DNA from: Tubiluchus corallicola
Lineage: Eukaryota; Animalia; Priapulida
Reading direction: 5' to 3'
DNA length: 64,000 nucleotides
Assembly (NCBI GenBank): GCA_030141605.1
Contig: JAQGDQ010000210.1
Location: forward strand, 186,001 to 250,000
Shown: positions 54,181 to 64,000 of the stretch, in pieces
Position numbering within the stretch: the first letter of the stretch is position 1
Layout: every line of letters begins with the position of its first letter
Made by a program: the position numbers and the translations under genes
Notes under the pieces: model-generated
The model's input: only the letters and a program-made list of their open reading frames with translations
What the model was told of the DNA's origin: nothing
Database searches by the model: none

Positions 54181-54267
54181 ACATTCTCCCAGAAAACAAA
54201 CATTTGTTTATTTATTCTAGTTTTATAATAATATGCGGTATACTGTTGATAATAATTAAAATATATC

Positions 54268-54983
54268 TTCTCTCATCTCATCTCGTCTCATCTCATCTCA
54301 TGTTCTCTCATCTCATCTCATCTCATCTTCTCTCATCTCATCTCATCTCATCTCATCTCATCTTCTCTCATCTCATCTTCTCTCATCTCATCTCATCTTA
54401 TCTCATCTCATCTCATCTTATCTCATCTCATCTATCCCATATCATCCTCATCTCATCTCATCTCATCTCATCTTATCTCATCTATCCCATCTCATCTCAT
54501 CTCATCCTCGTCTTATCTCATCTCATCTATCCCATCTCATCCTCGTCTCGTCTCGTCTCGTCTCATCTCATCTCATCTTATCTCATCTCATCTATCCCAT
54601 CTCATCCTCGTCTCATCTCATCTCATCTCGTCTCATCTCATCTTATCTCATCTCATCTGTCCCATCTCATCCTCGTCTCATCTCATCTCATCTCATCTTC
54701 TCTCATCTCATCTCATCTCATCTCATCTCATCCTCGTCTCATCTCACTCATCTCATCTTATCTCATCTCATCTTATCTCATCTCATCTCATCTCATCTCA
54801 TCTGTCTCATCTCATCTCATCTATCTCATCTCATCTATCTCATCTCATCTCATCTCATCTCATCTCATCTCATCTCATCTCATCTCATCTCATCTCATCT
54901 CATCTCATCTATCTCATCTCATCTTATCTATCTCATCTCATCTCGTCTGATCTCATCTCATCTCATCTCATCCTCATCTCATC
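54268..54983. repeat. (TCTCA)n pentanucleotide microsatellite in the PTP 3' region
   Basis: Directly visible. Confidence 0.97.
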
Positions 54984-55770
54984 ACTTATCACTTACGTTG
55001 TTTCTCCCTGCTAAATGACAGTAAACATGAGGACTAGAAGTTACCTGTTGATTTTCCAGCATCGTTATTAACTTTTCCCGACCATAAAAATCACTTGCGT
55101 CAAGTACATTGAAAATTAGTCAGCCAAGAGATAAGCCAATTCTGGCTGGTCAAATTCTTCAAGATCTTTCAAGCATCTATAACTCAGTGAAATACATGTA
55201 CTGATCTCTAATACAAAACCCATGTGCGTGTGCGCATGCGTATGTATGGTTCAAATATCTCAAAAAAAAACTCACGGTTGAGCAAAAATTTAGTAAAAAT
55301 TTTGCCGAGATTGTTTAAGTTTGCATGTGTATTTATTAATTTTTATCGTTTGAGGTCTGGCATGTCTGTAACTTTTCTGTTATCTGCCAATTTCTTTGAC
55401 AACAAACTGTTAAAGCTTAAAACAAAACCGGACCCATTCTTAAACTTTAGGTCAAAACAATTTACTCTTTAAAATATTAAATTACACCTATTACAAACTT
55501 ATAACATACAAGTTATTGCAAAATGCTGTGGTGTTTGTACATACGGTATGCTACGAAATAAAGTAGTTTAAAATTTATTTGTCAGACATTCTTACGTAGG
55601 CCGATCACCAACTGTAGTTCTAATAGTAATAACAAATGTTGGACCAGTATTGTAGTACTAATTTTTGAATATTAAAATCTTAAATTTTGAAATAGAATTA
55701 TTTGCCCTGAAAATTTAGAATTCATTTGCCCTGCGTGGGCAACTGCCTCCCCCGCCGCTTACGCATATGT

Positions 55771-56811
55771 TCATCCTTGTCTACGACACATAACGGCTTT
55801 CATTGCACGTCGAAACGTTTCTAATTTTCCCGAGTATACAAACACATTTACGAAAGAGTTGCACATGCCTAGTAACAAAGTAAAATTCAAAAGTTGAGTT
55901 TTTACTGTTATAAAACACAACTTGTGAAACTCGCAAAGATAATGGATCGCAAACAATACTAAAAAAGGGAACCAGAATGCTAAATATAGAACAACTGTCA
56001 TTCCAAGCACTTTTACTATTTTCAACTTTTGTTTTAAATCGTCGCCTCGTGGCGCTCTACTGCGGTTTAAGCTATTCAAAGCAGAAATAGATTTTTGCTG
56101 CCTCACTGCGGCAAGTCCAATGTGAGAGTAACAAAATACCAACACCGGAATGAAAATGGCCCCCATTCCCGTGTTTCCGACAAAAACACACGTGCCATAA
56201 TATCTGGAAAAATGCATGCAAGATAATCCTGTGTCGTCGCTTTTATAATACGCTGTTGCAGCTACTACGGTTACAAGAATTGTAACAGCCCATGCCAAAA
56301 CAATAGCAACTTTGCCAGTTTTTTGTGTGACCCAATTGGGATAGTGTAGAGGGTAGACAATGGCTATATACCGTTCGATCGTTACCGCCATGTACAGCGT
56401 TATGGAACCATAAATGTTAAACGTCATTAGGCCAATAACACATGTGCAGAAGATAATGTTGCATCGAGCACCAGCCAGAAATCCCACGAACAGAAGGACC
56501 AATCCTAGGCCGGTTGATGAATCTGCGACACCCAGATTTGCAATGAAATAGAAAGGCACTTGGTGAAGTGAAGGCGTGCAGATGATTGTTAGAAGTATTA
56601 AAAAGTTACCAGTTACAATACCGGCACCGAGTAATAGATTAACTGAATTGGATATCAAATGAGCTAGGTCATGTTCTAAAACACTTTTGCAGCCCGTGTG
56701 GAGCCCAGTGTCATCGAGAGAATATGAAAAATTTGATTTATTGTGCAGCTCTGGGCTTACTGAGGAGTTCTTCCATTCTGCAAGTTCCAAGATGTCATCC
56801 AGTTGATCCAT
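55771..56811 (-). CDS. Class A (rhodopsin-like) GPCR, intronless CDS, 346 aa; loosely melanocortin/adenosine/GPR119-like orphan
   Basis: Seven hydrophobic helices; GN (TM1), NLGVAD (TM2), ERY.AI.YPLHY (TM3), AW (TM4), FWFP (TM6), NSFVNVFVY (TM7), helix 8 FRRAM..C. Splice acceptor attttcag at 56855-56862 in the 5'UTR. Confidence 0.93.
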   Translation of the reverse strand: MDQLDDILELAEWKNSSVSPELHNKSNFSYSLDDTGLHTGCKSVLEHDLAHLISNSVNLLLGAGIVTGNFLILLTIICTPSLHQVPFYFIANLGVADSSTGLGLVLLFVGFLAGARCNIIFCTCVIGLMTFNIYGSITLYMAVTIERYIAIVYPLHYPNWVTQKTGKVAIVLAWAVTILVTVVAATAYYKSDDTGLSCMHFSRYYGTCVFVGNTGMGAIFIPVLVFCYSHIGLAAVRQQKSISALNSLNRSRAPRGDDLKQKLKIVKVLGMTVVLYLAFWFPFLVLFAIHYLCEFHKLCFITVKTQLLNFTLLLGMCNSFVNVFVYSGKLETFRRAMKAVMCRRQG

Positions 56812-56897
56812 TTTTCACGACGTCTTGTCAGTCTTGGTTTATTTTCATTTTAACCTGAAAATAATTTATTCCATAACTTTAGTAATTATACAGTTGC

Positions 56898-57025
56898 TTG
56901 AGAGAAGGAGAGAGGGGAGAGAGAGAAAGAGAGAGAGTGAGTGAGTGAGAGAGACGAGAGAGAGAGAGGGACAGAGAGAGGGAGAGAGAGAGAGAGAGAA
57001 GAAAAAGGGGAGAGAGAGAGAGAGA
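56898..57025. repeat. Degenerate (GA)n microsatellite
   Basis: Directly visible. Confidence 0.9.
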
Positions 57026-58069
<1,044 letters not shown>

Positions 58070-59894
58070 GATTTTTCTCGAATGACTGTACTCAGCGCCT
58101 GTTACACAAAAAAGAACTTCAACTATTCTTTATGGGAAAATAGGTTTCAATGTAATCTAAGGCTAAATAAGAAATATAATTATTTAATCCATTAAAATAC
58201 CTTGTAAATATTTAAAATAGTTAATATATTTATAAAAAATTAAAATGTATTTTAAAAATTCAGAGTAAAATTAATTAACATAATTAAGAAGTAGAATTAT
58301 TTTGATGTAATATATATATATTTATAACTTACGTTTGTGTCGCCCAGCAAAAGTTGCTCTATCTTTTACAAACATTTTTGCTAGAAATCTTTTTCGAATT
58401 CAGGAAAATATGATTGCAACAAATCAGTTGCTGAGACTGATAGTGTCCCGAATGCTCAACAGTTGGAAATCGCGAGCTACAATCTTTATAAACTTCTATC
58501 TGTTTTGCGTGCGCAGCAACACGAGACCTAAAATGCCTCTGTTCACACGTTAACTTTCCTTATTCTGTTTAAGGCGTAAGACCGATTGCTAAGAAAATGT
58601 CATTATGCCGATGAATAGATTGATTGTTTGATGCAGGTAAATGGAAGCCAAACTTTGTCTAACGTTTCCTTTGACTGTGTTTTCACTGAAAGGTGACCGC
58701 CGACAATGCCGCCGACCAAAAAGGCACAAAAGCGGCAATGTTCATCGGTTTTTACGAATTTTGAAACGAATATTTCCGTGTGGCTCGTTCAGCACAACGC
58801 GTGACTAATAACAATAGTGTGTAAGAATACATATTACTAAAGGCAGAGCCAATAAATTACTCATGAAATTTGGTCACTGTTCCGTTAACGTCTAGAGACA
58901 ATTGTTTAATGCTTACTGCACTATTTTTATTGTATGTCCACTTGGAGACATTTTTATCATTATAATCTTAGAAAATTCAAGGTTACATATAATGTATCTG
59001 CACGGAAGCTTTTAATGTTTTCATATGATGCTAGCGCCACATATATTTCTACTAGACTTAACCTTGTCTATTTTAATGTGATTCACAGAAAATATGCATA
59101 TAGTTTGCACGTCAGGCTGAATAAAATTTTATATGCAAGAGCATTTTAAACAGTGATGTAAACTTTACTTCTGAAATTAGACCTCAGTGGCGTAGCTTGT
59201 TAAATCGTTACTTGTAATTTGTGTTATTATTGTGAATCATAATTTATTGTATTTTGTGCAAAACTGCATTAATTTGTGATTTTATATGAACTTTGTAAAG
59301 TTTGAAACAAATTATTAAGCTAATTCTCACGTGGTCAGAAACTGAAGAGTTTCCAAACAATGGTTACAGAATTGGGGGCCTCGTAAGGATGCTTGCTTTT
59401 GTTTGAAAATTATAATTTAGATTTTACTGAATTCGCACTGTTGCTTGATTACATAATTTATATATGAACTATGTTTCACAACGAAATTGTAACTTTTTAA
59501 CACATGACCAATGGGTCAGAGGTCAACCAATCTCGGCATAACTCATACCACTTAATTTAAATTGTCTCTTTGAGACCTTTCATTTGATATACTACAACCT
59601 AGTTTCGGTTGACACACTGGGAAATGTTTGTCTCCTCAACCCCTGCAATTCTCATCGTAACCTATGCCATTCAATTTACCTTACCGAGACCGTTCATTTG
59701 ATTTGCTACATGGAGCTATTCCTAGACGCTCGATGCATTTCTGTTCCCGACCATAATCTTCCGGTTTTTGCCCCTAGCGGAAAATTTTTTCAAATGCGCA
59801 TGTCCCATATTTTGTGATATACAAGGGTGCTACCCTGCCTACCAACATACGAAATATTATGGCCTAGCTGTAAACTATAGGAGCAGATGGATCC

Positions 59895-60400
59895 TAAACG
59901 AAAATAAACGAAGACCTGCCCGCTATGCGACCTTTGACTCGGCAACTCAGGTCACATGTATACACAGCTAACTTTGCCCAGAGTGTGCATAGCCCTTAGC
60001 ATGTAAAAGGTCACCAATTGGTGGGACCCAAAACTTTGCATTTTGGCCTCTCCCTCGGGCATTTAGAATTTGCTACCTTTTTAAAAGCCCAGGTGCACAT
60101 CTACCCCATAGTACCCAAATACTTGTGAAAAAAATAGAAAAAACCGAAAATCCTAGGAGTTGATGCAATATAAAGGAAAAACTGACCGATACACACTGCC
60201 CTTGCATCTTGACCAGTGATCAGTGGTAGCCACATTGTTCTTCGTTCCCTGCGCAGGGCTACCAACCCGGTGAGTTTGGTGACCCTAGTTGCAAGGTTTA
60301 CGAGTTATTAAGCGCTAAAGTCGCGGAGAATGAATAGGAATACTCGATGAAAAACAGTAAGATTTTGCTATAACGAAACTTTAATAATAAATAAATAACT
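59895..60400 (+). mobile_element. Probable non-autonomous Helitron/Helentron-associated repeat
   Basis: gacctttgac, aggtgcacatctac and gagtttggtgaccctagttgcaaggtttacgagttat motifs resemble abundant invertebrate rolling-circle-derived repeats; recognised by pattern only. Confidence 0.35.
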
Positions 60401-60619
60401 GTACGAAAAAACAATAAATTTTGCTATGGAAAAATCTTAATTATAAAGTAGCATGACAGTCGTAAGCACAATAATGCACGAAATCATGCAAGTCAAAAAC
60501 TGATGGAGTCAGTTTGGTATCAAGAAGATAGCGGCAAGCCTGCCCAAAAGTTAAACAGTGGGCAAGAAAGTACCAACTGCGGACGTCTGCAGCATATAGG
60601 GTATTTGCCCTGGAATTGT

Positions 60620-61475
60620 ATATTATCTGATGATTTTACATTTTTGATAAGCTGAAAAAGCTGATAACCTGACACGAACTGTCGTGTCAAAAGTTAATGC
60701 CCAGGAACTGAGATATTACCTGATGATTTTACATTTTTGATTGTAAGATTGTACATCATTAACGACATTAAATTGCTGGGCTGTCTAGCAAATAAAACGG
60801 CCCGGGAGCAGTTTTTCCGGGGGTCTCCCATCCAGTTAGTGACAAGGAATAGCATTACTTAACTGCAATAATTGATACACAACGTAACAATGATACGATT
60901 TAGAGTTTGACAGCTTTTTGGAGTATTTGAGCATTTTACCGACTCTGTTATTCTGTTTTGGCGTATAATTTATATCTCTATGGCGCGAATATCCAATTTC
61001 TCACCGGTAACAGCATCTCTCAATGACAGCTTGATAAACTGTTGCAGCGTCGTTTTATGGACAATTTTAATTTTTATGATCCTGCTTCCAACAAGAGATT
61101 GATCCAACGTATTACACTGCACGAGTATAATAATCCTCTAGCTGTAATCATCATAAAATTGCATCACCTGCAGCAGCTAGCTCTCCTGCCTCCCTCATAT
61201 TTCATAAAGCCCTGTGTCTCGCGGGAGCAGTCTGGCGGACCTGCAAAACATAAATCAAGGGAAGCTGCATGTATTAAAAAATTAAAAGTTAATGCCCAGG
61301 AACTGAGATATTATCTGATGATTTTGTATTTTTGATAAACTAAAAAAGCTGATAAACTGACACGAACTGTCGTGTCAAAAGTTAATGACCAGGAACTGAG
61401 ATATTATCTGATGATTTTATATTTTTGATAAGCTGAAAAAGCTGATAACCTGATAAGAACTGTCGTGTCAAAAAT
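60620..61475. repeat. ~95-bp repeat in two clusters (60620-60740 and 61285-61475)
   Basis: aaagttaatgcccaggaactgagatattatctgatgattttacatttttgataagctgaaaaagctgataacctgacacgaactgtcgtgtcaa recurs about 3.5 times. Confidence 0.88.
60798..60866 (-). mobile_element. Degenerate 5S rRNA-derived fragment (SINE3-like or pseudogene)
   Basis: Minus strand AGTTAAG...TGGATGGGAGACC matches the 5S internal promoter boxes A and C. Confidence 0.4.
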
Positions 61476-63467
61476 TAAAGCAGGTGGTCCGAACTTGTAG
61501 TTCTGCCCAATATCAGCAATCTATTCTGTAGAGAGTAGACGATTCAAAAAGGAAATAAAGAAATGCTCTTTCACCTTTAATACTAATTGTGGCAAAGAGA
61601 AAACAACAACAACAAAAAATCATCATTTGTACTGTAAACACGTCAAAAATTTATTTAAGAGAGGAAATAGGAAAAGGTTCAAATAACAATTTTTACCATT
61701 GTCAAATGGAAAAAGCACATACTGCATGTGAATTTAACCATGTAATAGTTCAAATCTTTCTGTCAAATACCATAATAACCAGAAACCGCGTTTGCACTTT
61801 AGAAGTAACAAAGTTAATAAACTAAATACAAAGATCTTTAAGAAAACACCAGAGATTGACTCGCATGCTTATGTACAAGTTTATAGAAGCAAAGCATTGC
61901 TATATTACAGCCACTAATACAAATTTGCTAATATCAACAGAACTAATGTCATGTAATTTGAACTTGATGACTTGGTAAGAAATACATGACTGCTTACTCA
62001 ACTACAAAGTCTACAACATACTGCAGCTTGAGTTTTTGCAATAACTGCCAGATAATTACTGATAAATTTTCTAAATTTGTTGTTGGAGTAATTAGTTTTT
62101 CACTTTTATAATACACAATTTTTTTGTTCTTTGTTATTTACACACAGCAAATTTGAAATATCACACAAATAAAAAAATGTTACCTGGAAAAACACACAAA
62201 ATTTGTTTGCTTAAAATGAAACAGATTTAAGAGAATTCGAATTGCATTTTCCTTGCATTTTTTATCTGAGATGCAAAAAATTCAAGCAACTTTATTGGCA
62301 TTAAATACACTTAGTTCACAAGCCGGTTGGGAACACATTTTTACTGTTTGCTAACTCAGTTTGCATGCAAAAATGGCAATGCTTTACGTTTAATGTGTCT
62401 AGAAAGCGAAAAAGGCTTCAAAGTCTTCAGCAAAAATTGCGATAATGTGATTACAATAGTTGGCTGATGCAAATAAAGTTACGCACCTCGCTTTATGGCT
62501 TTTAAGAAAATTACAACAGCAAATATGATAATCTGTACAATAAATTCCTGCAGAACAACATACAACATATATGAAAAACATAATTTATAATAAAAATATA
62601 GGTAAATAATATAGTAGAATTCAAACTTATGCAGGGGAAAACAATTATGTACAAAAAACTGACATCCAAGATGAATCAACTGATGAACTCTCCAATTATT
62701 ATTATTAACTCTCCAAAGCTTTTAGCAGCCATTATTTTTGCATTGAATATAATATTTTCTCCAACACATAAAAAAGGGACCGACTCATCAACTGACTCAT
62801 CTTGGAAAAGATCCTGATCAATATGCCACTACTGCTACTACGAATAATAATTCATCCACCTTCACTTTAGCGACATCTACTGACCGTTGTCTAAGTAAAC
62901 AATTGCTTTTAAAGAAAAAAATTAGCAAATTTTTAAGTAATTGATACACTTTGCATGAATGATCAAAAAGTTACCAATTAGAGAGCATTACAATCCCATT
63001 ATTCATTTGCAACACACACAAAAACAATTTTTGTTAGGCTTAGTTATACAGAAATGTAATTTATATTCACTAAGCCGAAGATTTACACATTGCCCCTTGT
63101 TTGCTTAATTTACAACAGAATATAGGTGCATTAACAGAACTTGTTTCTATCGCTTAACAGACGAACGCCATTGAAATAGGCGCTTTTAGTAGTCAGCACA
63201 GGAGTGCGTGAATTTTCAAATTCGCAAAGCACTATTCAAAACATAAAAAACTGAGTACAATAAAATTACATGCAGATGATATAAAATTTTAACGGGAGCT
63301 TTTTAAGAAGAAATTTAAAAATTCGCTAATCATGTCCTTTAAACAACATTTACTTTTATAAAATTTGATATTAATTCAAAGGAATTGACTAGATAAGATG
63401 AAATCACATGTTCCATGGGAACAAAAAGATCACATTTCAAGATGTGGCAATCCCAATATTTTTTTTT

Positions 63468-63597
63468 GGTAGAAATACCAATAAATGTACTGTTATCGGT
63501 AGGAATACCAATAAATGTACTGTTATCGTATACAGAAATACCAACAAATATACTGTTATCGTATATAGAAATACCAATAAATGTACTGTTATCGTAT
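63468..63597. repeat. 30-33-bp minisatellite, 4 copies
   Basis: agaaataccaataaatgtactgttatcg units. Confidence 0.9.
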
Positions 63598-64000
63598 GCT
63601 ACTTTTGTAGGTAATACAAGGATTTATAGCCAGTTAGTTTAGTTGTTGATTAGTGCCATAGTCAGCCAAGTTGATTTCATAAAAATACAAATGAAGCTTT
63701 ATTTAATAATCATGCAGTAGCCTATGCTACTAAAACAGTGTTATACAAAGTACTATTTTACCCAAATTGCTTCGTAATAGTTAACTACATAAAATGCGAA
63801 AGACTAGCATTAACTATTTGCAAATCTTCCTTAATAATAAATGTTGGTAGTTTTCACAAAGTAGTATGTGAAAATAAGAAGTAACATTCTAATTTCAGAC
63901 GACTTCATAACACCAAGAAGAAAACATGAATTATAAGATTTCTAGCCATCTAAAAATATCTGCATCTTTTAGTACTTGACCTTGTTGGGGTTTATAAGTA

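Overview
AT-rich, intron-containing animal (invertebrate-like) genomic DNA, dense in microsatellites, minisatellites, MITEs, SINEs and 5'-truncated LINE ends. There are no prokaryotic, CRISPR or rRNA features. I assembled five protein-coding loci by hand from splice signals and reading phase. (1) The last two exons of a leucine-rich-repeat surface protein (LRR C-terminal cap, Ser/Thr stalk, GPI-signal-like tail; +, 1202-2685). (2) An intronless eukaryotic-type UDP-galactopyranose mutase (-, 5798-7219), the galactofuranose-pathway enzyme absent from vertebrates, with a splice acceptor just 5' of its ATG. (3) A 24-exon, ~1040-aa R3-subtype receptor tyrosine phosphatase (+, 13292-54180) with intact catalytic motifs. 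(4) A 4-exon, 221-aa single-pass membrane protein nested antisense in the phosphatase's 9.3-kb intron (-, 31795-38200), which the ORF track misses as a gene. It carries a cytoplasmic YINI (YxN-hydrophobic) motif, while the host phosphatase tail has DVNI instead. (5) An intronless class A GPCR (-, 55771-56811). A 39-bp minisatellite has amplified the phosphatase's catalytic-cysteine codon together with its splice donor about 15 times. Gene models are manual predictions without transcript evidence, and the species cannot be determined from this window.
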